Origin: Diplonema japonicum | Lineage: Eukaryota; Protista; Euglenozoa: Diplonemea | Assembly: GCA_964019335.1 (NCBI GenBank) | Contig: OZ025733.1 | Coordinates: 124,001 to 188,000, forward strand | Direction of reading: 5' to 3' | Length of the DNA stretch: 64,000 nt | Notes under the pieces: generated by a model | Database searches by the model: none | What the model was told of the DNA's origin: nothing | Seen by the model: the letters and a program-made list of their open reading frames with translations, nothing else | In this document: piece after piece, positions 23,077 to 34,581 of the stretch | How the letters are laid out: every line of letters begins with the position of its first letter | Position numbering within the stretch: position 1 is the first letter of the stretch | Program-made: the position numbers and the translations under genes

Positions 23077-25436
23077 ATGGACCCTAACGTGGGTATAAAT
23101 GAAGATGACGGCTCCCTGCGAGAAGAGCTGTCGATAGTGCCGCCAGACGAAGAAGGCAGTGTGAACCCCTTAAGGTACTCCTCGGGAAGAGAGGCAACGG
23201 GGCAGAAATCCTTGCTGAATCAGTCCGTGAGACGAAAACACCGCAAGGGCGTGCAAGATTTCACAATGATCGACTGGGTACACGATAACGAAGCACACAA
23301 AGAATACCACTCAGAACGCGTCTCGCAAAAAAAGGAGGGAAAGGTCCAAGGATGGGTCCATCATGCGTGGCTAGAGTGTTTCCCTTGGGTGGCCGTGTTG
23401 GTTGTGGGAACTTGTACAGGGCTGCTTGCTGGCATGATCCACACGTGTGTTGATTTTTTGAGAGATTTTAAAACAGGGGTTTGTTCGGATTTCTTCTGGC
23501 TCTCCGTGAAGAACTGCTGTGTTGATGAGGAAAAACACGAATGTGAAGCATGGTCGTCATGGGGCGACTATTTTTCTGGAAACGGCATCCGCGCCTCAAC
23601 ATCAACAACAATCCTCGATTTTCTTGCATTCCTGTCACTCTCTGTAATCTACGCAGCGCTCTCCGCATGGCTTGTAAAAACATATGCACCGTATGCCGCG
23701 GGAAGCGGGATACCCGAGATCAAAACAATTCTTTCCGGTGTGCACATCAAACGATACCTCCATGGGTGGACGCTTCTCATTAAATGCCTTGGCGTCTCAT
23801 TGTCTGTTGGAGCTGGGTTGTCCCTCGGCATGGAAGGGCCTTTTGTTCACGTGTCGTCGTGTGTTGGAAACATCACATCGTACTTCTTCAAAGGCTTCAG
23901 GTTCCATGAATCGAAACGAAGGGAGTTGATATCTGCATCGGTTGCTGCTGGTGTTTCTGTTGCGTTCGGTGCCCCGATCGGCGGTGTCCTGTTCAGTCTT
24001 GAAGAAGCGTCATACTATTTCCCACACAAAACGATGTGGAGATCGTTCTTCTGCGCTGTAGTCGCTGCGTTAGTCTTGAAGAGAGTCGACCCATCAGGAA
24101 CTGGTAGGCTTGTTCTTTTCCAGGTTGACTACAACCACCCTTGGCATTGGTTCGAATTAGTCCCATTCGCTATTATCGGTGTTCTAGGGGGTGTGATCGG
24201 TGCCGCGTTCAACGCGCTGAACATCAAGTGGAGCAGAGTTCGAAAAACAACCGTTCTGTCTTCATGGCCGATTGCGGAGGTCTGTGTTGTGGCTGCTGTG
24301 ACGGCGATCGCGAACTTCGTTGTTCCGTTTTTAAAGTCCGGCGCGGGGGAGTTCATCGCACAGCTGTTCCAAGAATGCAGAACAGGCTCCGAAACCACCA
24401 CGGAGCTGTGCTCGGAACCAACGGACTATGTTGTGAAGCAGCTTTTACTCGCAGCGCTTTTAAAATTCATCCTAACGGTATTCACGTTCGGGATCAAAGT
24501 ACCCGCCGGTCTGTTCATCCCATCCCTCTTTGTCGGTGCGTGCGTGGGACGCGTGTTGGGGCAAACCGTTCAAGATCTCCACCAATCATCACCAGACTCT
24601 TACATCTTCAGCGAATGCCACGGCAACAACCTCAGTCTATGCGTCATCCCAGGTGTGTACGCGATTGTAGGTGCTGCAGCCGTTCTCGGCGGTGTGACGA
24701 GAATGACGCTTTCGCTTGTTGTCATCATCTTCGAATTAACAGGCGGCTTAGAGTACTTGGTTCCCGTGATGCTCGCTGTTTTAATCTCAAAATGGGTTGG
24801 GGAATGGGTCGGCACGGAGGACTCCATATATGAAATGCACATTGGCCTCAACGGGTACCCGTACCTTGACCCGAAGCAGGAGGTGGAGTACCACGCCACC
24901 GCCGCGGATTTCATGGCGTCCACGAACATCCAGGTTCTTACGGTAGACGGGTGGACAGTACGGGATGTGAACACACTGCTCGATGGGTGTGAGTTCAACG
25001 GTTTTCCTGTTGTGATGAGCCATCACGATATGAGGGTCGTGGGGTACATTAGCCGGGCGAACCTCATCCGTGCGTTTGAGAAGCTGTCTGAGAAACCTGG
25101 GGTGACACAAGACACCGCCATCGTTTTTTACGAGCGGACACAGAGCGACCAGACTTCCAATGTGTTGGACATCTCTCCGTACCTGGATCCTACCCCTATC
25201 TGTATCACCCCTGAGACGACGGTTAACAGGCTGTTGCATATCTTCAAATCGCTTGGTATCCGGACAGCCTTGGTGTCCAGGAATAACAAATTGGTTGGAA
25301 TCGCGACGAGGAGGGGTATGATCGAAATGCTGAAAAGGTGTGGATTAAAAAAAAAAAGGGGGATGGGAGGGGGTTAAATACACAATACAGAGCTGGACCT
25401 TCTGGCGAAGGCCTTGCCCGACGAACAGCTGGGTGA
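23077..25436 (+). CDS. CLC family chloride channel / Cl-/H+ exchanger (CLC-3-like) with two CBS domains; probable terminal intron 25338-25390
   Basis: GSGIPEIK, GMEGPFVH, FGAPIGGVLFSLEE, VPAGLFIP and GGVTRMT motifs, CBS tail. ag|gtgtgg...aatacag|a gives the in-frame end RAGPSGEGLARRTAG*. Confidence 0.93.
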
Positions 25437-25645
25437 AGAAAGAAAGAAAAAAAAAAAAAAAAAACAGAAAACACCCCTCTGCAATAAGATTTTTTTACCC
25501 CCCCCCCCCAGTGTTTTTTCTCTTTCTTCCTTCTTTCTCTCCCATTTTTTTTCTTTCCATTGGTTTGAACCAAGGTTTTTATAAAGAATAATATAAAAAA
25601 AAAAAAAAGAAGAAGAGGCCACGGGGGGGGGAGGGAGAGGAAACA

Positions 25646-26215
25646 ATGGACAGCCCCCAAGCCTCCGAGCTCTCCATGGTGATGCCCGATGGCCAAGTGA
25701 TGAGATATTACTCCAACGCAGCATTACGGGAAGACGACCTTGATGTTCAAATGGATGAAATCTGTGGTGATTGTGGGTACGAGAAGAACGTAACAGAACT
25801 GTGTCTCAGGACGGGAAGGCCGCACAAGGGAGCAGAGGAGATGGAATATGAAGCGCAGTCTGACGCATTAAAACTTGCCTCCAGGATGAATCGAGTCCAG
25901 AGGGAGCTGCACCATTTAGCAAGCCAGCCTCAAAACCCCAAAGACCCGGACATCCTCTGGCCCTTAATCTCCAACTTGGAGAAGGAAAAAACAGAACTGA
26001 TCGCCACAGCACGCCGGCTGGGCCACCCCGTACCATCACACCCACCCCCTCCTCAATACATTACAACATCACCCGTCTGGCAAGACATCGATGCTTTGAC
26101 GCGTTTCAACAATGGTTTGAAAGCTCTTATTGAATACATCACAGGCCACCCTCCGGTACTTCGCACCTCTGTGGCGAACCGCGGTCCTGGGAGCAACACC
26201 GTTACGTTGATTTGA
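25646..26215 (+). CDS. Hypothetical protein with a C2-C-H putative zinc knuckle
   Basis: CGDCG...CLRTGRPH followed by a short coiled coil. Confidence 0.75.
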   Translation: MDSPQASELSMVMPDGQVMRYYSNAALREDDLDVQMDEICGDCGYEKNVTELCLRTGRPHKGAEEMEYEAQSDALKLASRMNRVQRELHHLASQPQNPKDPDILWPLISNLEKEKTELIATARRLGHPVPSHPPPPQYITTSPVWQDIDALTRFNNGLKALIEYITGHPPVLRTSVANRGPGSNTVTLI

Positions 26216-26350
26216 ACAACCCAACACACCTTGCCTTAGCTGGCTTGTAATTGTAACCATATATATATATTTTTTTTTTTTTCTTCTTCTTTTTTTTTTT
26301 TTACTCCCCCCTTGCCCTTATGGGAAACCTCAATCAGGTACATATAAACA

Positions 26351-28000
26351 ATGACCGATGCAGGAAGGCTACCTGAAGGGAGGCTGCCTGGTGTTCTAAG
26401 AAACAACCAGTCTCAAGGGAAGCGGGATACACCGGACAATGTGGAGATAGAGGCACTACCGTCATCGACCGCGCTTCCAGCGGTTCAACGATTTGCGGTG
26501 GAGAGCCTGCTTGACGATATCGATAAAATGGTAGCGGTGGCTACTGAAAAAGACAAGGTTTTGGTTGAGAAGAAAGAAGAGTTGAAGCCATCCCTCGCAA
26601 AAAAACCCTCTAGAGATCTACGCAAGCAAAGGCTGTCCCTTTCCGACAGGAAGGTCTTGGACAAGATCGACAACATGACAAAAGAAGAAATAGAAAACCT
26701 GGAAGGCAGATATCTGCAGTACAAAAAAGAAGACCGCGAACGGCAAAACAGCCTCCGTGCTATGAACCAAACGGACATCAAAAAAAACGAGGCGAAAATG
26801 ATAGAGATGAAGAAAAAAAAAGTGACCGAACAGGAGCACTGCGAAGAGATACAAAGCAACAAGAAAGCACTTCAAAACGAGAAAGAAAGCACGACAAGGA
26901 AAGAGGTACACGATAGAGAAGAAGACCGTTCTCTAGCAGCGAGAAGGGTCCGCAGACTGTTCACTACAGTGATATGTCATGGACTTGTCGGGCAGTTCTT
27001 CAAATCGGTTGTGAACATGAACGAGAGAGAAAAATGCAAAATCGTATATTTTGAAACAGTGGCACAACCAAGGGTTTGGGACGCTCTCGCCTCTGCAAAG
27101 ATCACAGCAGCCGTGCGACGAAATCTGTTCTTGATTAAATGTGTCCGTCGCTACCGTATGCGAAAGCGGCGCAACGCAACCGCCGTTGTAGCCTACCTGT
27201 TGCGGGCGAGAAAGAAACACTTCTCGATCCGCTTGTTCTACCGTTCCACGGTGAAAATCCAACAATGGTGGAAACGAGTTGAGAAAGAGAAAAAATCCCG
27301 TGTTTGGCTGGTCTCCTTGCAGTGGGACCGCGCTTGGGACTCCTTCTACGAGTCAAGGGTAACCTCTCCGCAAAACAACGGAAATGTCCTGCAAATCCCC
27401 GGTTTCATCAAATACAGAACACTCCGAAATGTTTTGCACCAAAAGAGCAAGGATTACGTTGCAACCATCAGACAGTTGGAAGCGTTGAGGACAACGACGA
27501 AAAGGGAGATTGAGAAGGGTTTGAAAACCCGTGCTGACCTGGACCCCACCACTGCAATGCTTATCGACTCCGAACATGTCCCACGCCTTAAATATCTTCT
27601 AAGACAAGACGAGATCACCCTGGCCATTCAAACCGCTTATAACTCCACCAAAGCCCTCGCCAAGCTGATCAAATCACTTGTGAAACAAGAAACCGCGTGT
27701 CGAGAAAAGATTTTCGACGAACAGGTTCTCCACCTTGCCTACCTCGCGGATCATCATTCCTCTGTACTTCAGGAGGCAAAAGCGGAGGTGTCGCATCTGG
27801 ATGGCGGTGTTCTTCCGCCCAAACCCGGATCGGGTTTCGCCGAGGACACTGCCGTCACCCGTCCGAAGGGTCCTAGTTACGACGCGAAAACAGGAAGACG
27901 GCTCACAGAACCTTTGGAAGATCTTGCTCTACCGTCGGCAGCAGGACGTTCTGCCGGACCACGACGGGGCTCGAGGAGAAAATCCAACACCGAAAAATGA
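26351..28000 (+). CDS. Hypothetical basic coiled-coil protein with an IQ-like motif
   Basis: 549-aa ORF. VKIQQWWKR resembles an IQ calmodulin-binding motif. Confidence 0.8.
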   Translation: MTDAGRLPEGRLPGVLRNNQSQGKRDTPDNVEIEALPSSTALPAVQRFAVESLLDDIDKMVAVATEKDKVLVEKKEELKPSLAKKPSRDLRKQRLSLSDRKVLDKIDNMTKEEIENLEGRYLQYKKEDRERQNSLRAMNQTDIKKNEAKMIEMKKKKVTEQEHCEEIQSNKKALQNEKESTTRKEVHDREEDRSLAARRVRRLFTTVICHGLVGQFFKSVVNMNEREKCKIVYFETVAQPRVWDALASAKITAAVRRNLFLIKCVRRYRMRKRRNATAVVAYLLRARKKHFSIRLFYRSTVKIQQWWKRVEKEKKSRVWLVSLQWDRAWDSFYESRVTSPQNNGNVLQIPGFIKYRTLRNVLHQKSKDYVATIRQLEALRTTTKREIEKGLKTRADLDPTTAMLIDSEHVPRLKYLLRQDEITLAIQTAYNSTKALAKLIKSLVKQETACREKIFDEQVLHLAYLADHHSSVLQEAKAEVSHLDGGVLPPKPGSGFAEDTAVTRPKGPSYDAKTGRRLTEPLEDLALPSAAGRSAGPRRGSRRKSNTEK

Positions 28001-28145
28001 AACAAAAAAAAAAAAAAAAAAAACTTCTTTTACAAGTTGTACTGCACATCATTCCCGCCCCCCCTTTTTTTTTCTTCCTTTGCATAGTTTTTTTCCCCCC
28101 CCCCCTCCGATTCCGTACCCCCTCAGGAATAAGGTAAAACTCCTT

Positions 28146-29048
28146 ATGCAAAATGCAGTCGGCGTAGCCATAGTTCCAGATGGGTCGTACAACGGGTCGA
28201 CAGCGCAGGAGACGCCAAGGAGCGAGGGGACCACTGCGACAACTGGGACAACGACAACAGCGACGATCCAACGAGGGGGAGGAGGGGTCCTGGGGTGTAC
28301 ATGGAGCGGCTGCACACTGTTGGAGGTTGTCCCAAACTCACTTGCTTACAAACAAGGCATGCTGAAACACGTGGGCAAGACAGTGGTGTCTGTCAACGGT
28401 GTAGGTGTGTGCAGCCAGAAGGAGATGGAAGAGGCAATCTCCAACCAACCATGCCTCACATTTGCGTTTAGGGAAGCCGAAGACTACGTTGATGACGAAC
28501 CAAACCCGGAACCAGTGGTGAAGAGCTCGAAATCCTACAATATCATCCTTCAGCTTCTGCTCTACTCGTTCGGGGTGGTCCTTTGTTCTCTTTGCCTGGT
28601 TCTGCCGTGGCTGACAATATCTTCAATTACTTACAAGTTAAGTGAGATGGATAAACTTAATTCTGTGGATTTTGACAACACCATTCAGTCCTCTGCGGCG
28701 CTCGTCGTATTGTTTATCGTCGATGTGTCGCTTTTTGCGCTGGAGCTGCTCTATAGTGTTTATGTGTTCCTCATTCCTTCTGTGTCTGCGCGAACTATCA
28801 GTGTTTACGTGCAGGGTGCGCTGGTTTTGTCTTGTGCTGCTTCCTTTGTCACTACTGTCGTGTTTCATGCGTCCTTTGAGCGGGAGTGGGCGAACCGGCC
28901 TTTGGAGTCGTTTCCTAATGCGAGTTCGTCAATAAATTCCGGGCTTGTTACGTCTTATTTAATAGGTGGGCTAATATGCGTGTCAACTGCATTGCAATGG
29001 TGCTGTTTGAAAGAGCAGCTGGATCTGACCTCTGTGTCGCCTGTTTGA
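28146..29048 (+). CDS. PDZ-like domain plus four-TM (claudin/amastin-like topology) membrane protein
   Basis: LGCTW..TLLEVVPNSLAYKQG...VVSVNG is a PDZ-like pattern. Four hydrophobic helices follow, the first ending LPW. Confidence 0.75.
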   Translation: MQNAVGVAIVPDGSYNGSTAQETPRSEGTTATTGTTTTATIQRGGGGVLGCTWSGCTLLEVVPNSLAYKQGMLKHVGKTVVSVNGVGVCSQKEMEEAISNQPCLTFAFREAEDYVDDEPNPEPVVKSSKSYNIILQLLLYSFGVVLCSLCLVLPWLTISSITYKLSEMDKLNSVDFDNTIQSSAALVVLFIVDVSLFALELLYSVYVFLIPSVSARTISVYVQGALVLSCAASFVTTVVFHASFEREWANRPLESFPNASSSINSGLVTSYLIGGLICVSTALQWCCLKEQLDLTSVSPV

Positions 29049-29337
29049 AAAGAAAAAAAAAAAAAAAAGAACGAAAAAAAAAAAAAAAACCCTCCCCCCT
29101 CTGGGGGGTTCAAAATCTATTTTTTTTTTTTTTCCCTTGCTATCTTCCCCCCGTCCCTCTAAAAAAAAATTTTTTTTGTGCTTTCTGGTACCTTTTTTTT
29201 TTTTCTTTTTTTTTTCTCTCAGTTAGTTCCATATAGGCCCTGCATTTTTTATGTATCCGCCTGCTATTCTTCTTTTTTTTTCTTTTCCCTTTTTTTTCTG
29301 TCGCTTGCCTGTTTGTGCTGTGTTGTCTCGAAAGAAA

Positions 29338-29386
<49 letters not shown>

Positions 29387-29675
29387 GAGAAAAAGAAAAT
29401 GTAAAAAGAAGAAGAGAAGAAAAAAAAAAAAGAAGAGGGAAAATAAATAAAATAAAAACAGCACCCCCCAAAAAAAAATAACAGATAACAAACCGCAACC
29501 AAGAGTAGTGTCAATTTTTTTTGTTCCAACTTTTTTTTATTTTCTTGCCCCCTCTAAAAGGGTGTTTAAAGTAAAAAAGATCCCCCCCCCCCGCTCTGGG
29601 GCAAAAAAAGAAACCAAATCCAATTGTTACACGAAGGTTCCTTCCAGTAGTTTTTTTTTTTTCTTCTTTTTATTT

Positions 29676-29961
29676 GGTGGTGGGGATAACATGGAAATAT
29701 AAGAAAAACATCAGATGTGTTGTTCGCTGTTGACATCACCGGTAGCGCCCGAGTGGAAGAACATAATGCAGATGCTCAGGGTGACGAACAGGCAGCAAAC
29801 TGCACGAGCGCAGAATCTTGGTTTCCCTGGACGCCACGGCTCACGCATTAAGGACACGACGCGGAACGCAGAAGAAGCTACAACTCGGCCGCGGTGCGCC
29901 CCCTGTAATCAAGTAGACAGTTCTTGTGCAGGGCGCCGCCAACACCGGCCTCCTATAACTC
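29676..29961 (+). mobile_element. Ribozyme-headed retroelement copy 1 (P3/L3 deleted; tail A)
   Basis: Starts ggtggtggggataacatgg, lacks the ctcctcgtcggt segment, otherwise aligns with copies 2-4. Confidence 0.85.
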
Positions 29962-30056
29962 ATATATTTTTATTTAATTCTGAGCGGCTCTCTTAAGGAA
30001 CTTAGGGTAGAAGATATAATTCAGGCTTCACTTCATTTCAAGTCCAGACCTGGGCG

Positions 30057-31036
30057 TGAAATAAAGTATCTGATTTTTTTTTCCCCTCATGTTTTTAAGC
30101 TAAACGTTGCTGGGCGTGAAAATCAGGTACTTTATTTCAAAATGGGGAAAAAACCGAAGGCGACCGGGAAGGCACAAATTATTTGCGAGAGCAGCTCATC
30201 ATTAAATAAAATGTAGTATTGAATAAAATCAGAGCATGATTTCACTTGTGGGGTCCCCTTTTTTGACTCGTTTTTTTACCACAAGTGGAATCAGGCCATC
30301 TGATTTTCATTTAATAAATAGCTATTACTTAATTCCGCAAAGTTACATGAGGAAATTTCTAAAGGGCCATAAGAATCAGAAATCACTTTGCCGTTCACGA
30401 GTAAATGCAAAGTGAAGAATAAATGCAAAGTAATAGGCCGAATTTGGCTTGAAAAAAGTGCAATAAATGCAAAATGTAAAATCTGATTTTTACTCTGAGC
30501 AATTTTCGGGCTTTTTTTTGGTATTCGTCTTCATTTTTTGCATCTGGTGTGCCGCTTTACAAACGTCACTCGACATATAAATAAACTGGTTCGCAAAATA
30601 TGAGACGTAACCCAACCTGCCCAAAACACAGTCAGGCATCCGAGGCAAAAGAGGCATAAACACACTTTACCAGGTTTCCGAGCCACCAAGCATCACACCT
30701 GAGGCCGGCAAATGCCGAAAATTACACTGGCCATGCATACTTGTTGATGAAGGAACCTGATGAAAGAACCGTTTGCACAAACCAGCAGTTTCTGAAGAGC
30801 GATGATCAAGTGCCGACACAAATTACACAAAACCTACAGAATTCTGTCAATTTGACATCATCTTCTCAGGCAATCAGGCTTAGTTTTGACATCAATGTGA
30901 ACATTTCGCAGAAGTGAACATAAAGGGTTCACAGTGTCCGAAATTTCCTCATTTAACTTTGCAAAAATTAAGTAAAATATCATACTAAATAAAAATCAGG
31001 TAATCTGATTTTTATTTAGTAAATAGTCATTATTTT
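30057..31036. mobile_element. AT-rich element with nested inverted repeats (~60-bp imperfect IRs at 30300-30359 / 30940-30999)
   Basis: ctgattttcatttaataaatagctattacttaattccgcaaagttacatgaggaaatttc versus its near reverse complement. Extra hairpin at 30057-30139. No ORF. Confidence 0.6.
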
Positions 31037-31921
31037 TCTCCTCTTTTTTCGCTTAAATCAGACCCCTCGGCAAGGTAGGGATAGTTCGAAAAGAGAATTG
31101 CCGGTCTACATAGACCCGCGATTTTTCTTGTACCTGTGCGGTAGCCCCCTTTTTTTTGTGAAGATTTCCCCCCCCCCCCCCCCCCCCCCTCCGTTTTATT
31201 ATTCATTTAAATCTTACTCTGCCGGTTCGATATTGACCATAAGACCTATGCAGGTGTAGAACTTGGCAAAGAGGCGAAAAACAAAGTGTGGAAGAGGAAC
31301 TAGGTTAAGGACGTGAAAGACCAGTCTTGTAGTGGCTGGGCGTTTCAGGCTCAAGGTACAGCAGCGGTCAATCACAGTTTCAGTAAAAGCTGCGCCTGAG
31401 AAACTGTGCTGTTCTTTTTGAGAGTGAAGATTTCATCGGTTGCGTGATAAAAACGATTTCATGAAATAAAAAAAAAATAAAAAAAAGAGAAAAAAAAAAG
31501 ATTTTCACAGTGCGCTGATCGAGAGGCCCAATTGAAAAAAAAAAAAAAAAAAAAAAGGGTCCAAAAAATCGGCCAAGAATACCGCAGGTCTAACGGGGAA
31601 AAAAAAAACCCGTTTTGAACCGGGGCCCTGCTTAAATGTTTTTTTTTTTTTTTCTTTTTTTTTTGAGGGAACGGAAGGCATAAGGCCTTTTTGTACACTC
31701 GCTTGTCAAGGCGTGCGGCTTTCCCCCCCCTTTTTTTTCTTATTTTTTGTCCAACAGGTGGACAGGAGCCGCGGTGTATTGCCCCGCCATCCCTGCGATG
31801 CGCTGGCGGAAAAGTGAGATTCAAAAAGCTTTAAGGGGGAACGTTGGCAACGTGCTTCGGGCAAACTTCTCCAGGTTTTACCCGGCACGTACAAACAAAA
31901 GTGTTTTTTTTAGGTTTTATA

Positions 31922-32055
31922 GGTGGTGGGGATAACATGGAAATATAAGAAGTACATCAGATGTGTTGTTCGCTGTTGACCTCCTCGTCGGTCATCACCG
32001 GTAGCGCCCGAGTGGAAGAACGTAACGCAGATGCTCAGGGTGACGAACAGGCAGC
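31922..32055 (+). ncRNA. HDV-like self-cleaving ribozyme
   Basis: P1 ggtggtg/catcacc; J1/2 hairpin ggataacat/gtgttgttc; P2 gctgttg/ca(g)gcagc; P3 acc/ggt; L3 tcctcgtc; P1.1 gg; P4 cgcccgagt/gctc(a)gggtg; J4/2 gaCgaa with predicted catalytic C32044. Confidence 0.88.
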
Positions 32056-32246
32056 AAACTGCACGAGCGCAGAATCTTGGTTACCCGGGACGCCACGGCT
32101 AGGGTTGAGCACACCGCACGCATTAAGGACACGACGCGGAACGCAGAAGAAGCTACTGCTCGGCCGAGGAGCGCCCCTGTAATCAAGTAGGTAGTTCGTG
32201 CTTCATTGCACGCTTAACGCCACCTAGTGTTGCAATCAAAGCCCCA
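31922..32246 (+). mobile_element. Ribozyme-headed retroelement copy 2 (intact; tail B)
   Basis: Full ribozyme, second long stem-loop domain, tail B, then a T tract. Confidence 0.88.
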
Positions 32247-32332
32247 TTTTTTTTTTTTCTTTTTTATTGCTACACACTACAGCTTGATGTTGAAATGGTT
32301 CCCTTCTTCTTTTTCTCTTTGAAACATCCGGG

Positions 32333-32364
<32 letters not shown>

Positions 32365-32475
32365 GCCTAGCGAGGTTTTTGCAACTCCGGAATCATTTTT
32401 TTTTTTTTTTTTTCATGAATGCTCACACAAAAATATATGAGGAAGAGGTGGGGGGGAAGAAGAAAAAAAAGGAGG

Positions 32476-32507
<32 letters not shown>

Positions 32508-32811
32508 ATAATGGGACTAATATATATCTTTCTTTCCTTTCCTTTCCCTAGGACTATGATGGCAAGACCCGTAAAAAAGAAATCACGCGCTTTCTTGCCA
32601 TCACATCCTCCCCCGCCCCATTCTTTACTTAATTTGTTTTCTTTTTCTGTTTTTCTGTTACTACCTTTAGTATCATGTGAACCTCTTAATTTCTTTGCCC
32701 CCCCGAAGAGAAAAGGACGTTCCGCAGCCAACAGGGGTGTCAAGGACCAAATATTTTTTTTTGCCCCCCCTTTCTTTTTTTACCTTTATCTCTTTTATAT
32801 ATATTTTTTAA

Positions 32812-33036
32812 GGTGGTGGGGATAACGGTCATCACCGGTAGCACCCGAGTGGAAGAACATAATGCAGATGCTCAGGGTGACGAACAGGCAGCAAACTGCA
32901 CGAGCGCAGAATCTTGGTTTCCCGGGACGCCCCGGCTAGGGTTGAGCACTGGCCGAGGAGTGCCACCTGTAATCAAGTAGGTAGTTCGTGCTTCGTTGCA
33001 CGCTTAACGCCACCTAGTGTTGCAATCAAAGCCCCA
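32812..33036 (+). mobile_element. Ribozyme-headed retroelement copy 3 (internal deletions; tail B)
   Basis: Same 5' start, with deletion of most of J1/2-P2-L3 and of the apex of the second domain. Confidence 0.85.
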
Positions 33037-34143
33037 TTTTTTTTTTTTCTTATTTTTCGAAAAGTAATTAAAGAGGTTTACATTTTTTTTTTTTTTTTTT
33101 TTTTAATATTTCCGGCAAACTCTTTGCTGCGTTCATTGTGCAGTTCTATTGGACTTTGCCGTTCCCACAAGTCTGGAACCTGGCTCGCACAGTTTTTTTT
33201 TTTTTTTTTTTAAGGGGTTGGGTACATTTCCCCCCCCTCCCCCTCCGCTGCGAGGCACTGCGTGCGCGGACTTTGTTAATGAGGCTCTTAGTGAGTGAAG
33301 AAAAATGACAAAAAGTGTGAAAATCGAACAGATTTTGTCTTTCTTTTTTTTCTTCGTTCATGGTTTCATCAGCAACTACCCCCCCCCCCCCCCCCCCCCC
33401 CCCTGTCGTAATGGTGCCCATTTAACTTTTTGTGCGTTTGCAAAAAAAAAAAAAAAAAAAAAAAAACGCTTCCTTACGTTCACGGCCCCAAAAATGAGAA
33501 AGAAAGAGAGAAAAAAGAAATTCGATGAAAAAAAAAAACCCCCCAACTAACGAATATTCTGAGGGAAAAAAAAAAGAAAGAAACAATGCTCATCATATTT
33601 CCTGTGTCACCCCATCCCACGTTTTTTTTTTTCTCCCCCCTTCCTCATCCTATCTTTGTTTTTGTTTCTGGTTCTTGTTTTGTGTTTCTTTTCTTTTTCT
33701 TATCTCTAAAAAGGGGCACCAAAGATGCTTATTTATTTCTTTTGTCCCTGTTTTTTTTCTTCTTTTTTTCTTTTCTTTTTTATAATTATTATTCCCTTTC
33801 TGCCCCTTTTGGCAATGTAGCAGTTTTTTTTTTTTTTTTTTTTTCTTCTTCTTTTTTTTGCTATCTAAATATATAAAAAAGAATGTTCTAAACAACAAAG
33901 GAAAGCAAAGCTTTCTTTAACAAAACAAAAAAAAAATGATTGAAAGAAGAAATATTTCCTCCTGTTTGCCTCCAATTTCCGGGAAAAGAAGTGGGAAAGG
34001 GAACAAGAAAAAAAAAAGAAAAAAAAACCCTCCCCTGATTTTCACGAAAAAAAGTTTTTTTTTTCCAATAAATGACTCGATATGACAGGTGATAAAAAAA
34101 AAGATGATTTCTGCTTCTTTTTTTTTTTTTTTTTTTTTTTTTT

Positions 34144-34258
34144 GGATACGGCCATACTCTGGTGAATGCACCCCATCCCGCCTGATTTGGGAAGTTAAGC
34201 ACCAGCAGGCCAGGTTAGTACTGCGGTGAGTGATCACGTGGGAAGCCCTGCTGTATCC
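34144..34258 (+). rRNA. 5S rRNA copy (probable retro-pseudogene or SINE3-type head)
   Basis: ggatacggccatac...gaagttaagc...ggttagtact...gggaa...gctgtatcc with a 9-bp terminal helix. 115 nt with an apparent ~3-nt loss in the 3' strand of helix V and no oligo-T terminator. Confidence 0.93.
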
Positions 34259-34267
34259 TCCAAACCA

Positions 34268-34396
34268 GGTGGTGGGGATAACATGGAAATATAAAGAAGT
34301 ACATCAGATGTGTTGTTCGCTGTTGACCTCCTCGTCGGTCATCACCGGTAGCGCCCGAGTGGAAGAAGCAGATGCTCTGGGTGGCGAACAGGCAGC
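34268..34396 (+). ncRNA. HDV-like self-cleaving ribozyme
   Basis: Same P1/P2/P3/L3/P1.1 as copy 2, shorter P4 loop, J4/2 ggCgaa (C34385) as in the HDV genomic ribozyme. Confidence 0.88.
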
Positions 34397-34581
34397 AAAC
34401 TACACGGGCTCAGAATCTTGGTTACCCGGGGCGCCCCGGCTGGGGTTGAGCTGCACACCGCACGCATTAAGGACACGACGCGGAACGCAGAAGAAGCTAC
34501 AGCTAGGCCGAGGTGCGCCCCCTGTAATCAAGTAAATGGTGCTTGTGCAGGGTGCCCCCACCGGCTTCCTTTAAATCACCG

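Noticed and set aside
30755-30820. Possible hammerhead cores (ctgatga, ctgaaga...gccgacac)
   Set aside because: No correctly placed GAAA and no convincing stems I and III.
31749-31895. GC-rich segment upstream of ribozyme copy 2 as another ribozyme or ncRNA head
   Set aside because: Some local stems but no HDV or hammerhead core and no second copy in the window.
29715-34535. Repeated small ORFs beginning MCCSLLTS
   Set aside because: Incidental frames within the ribozyme element, with lengths and frames differing between copies.
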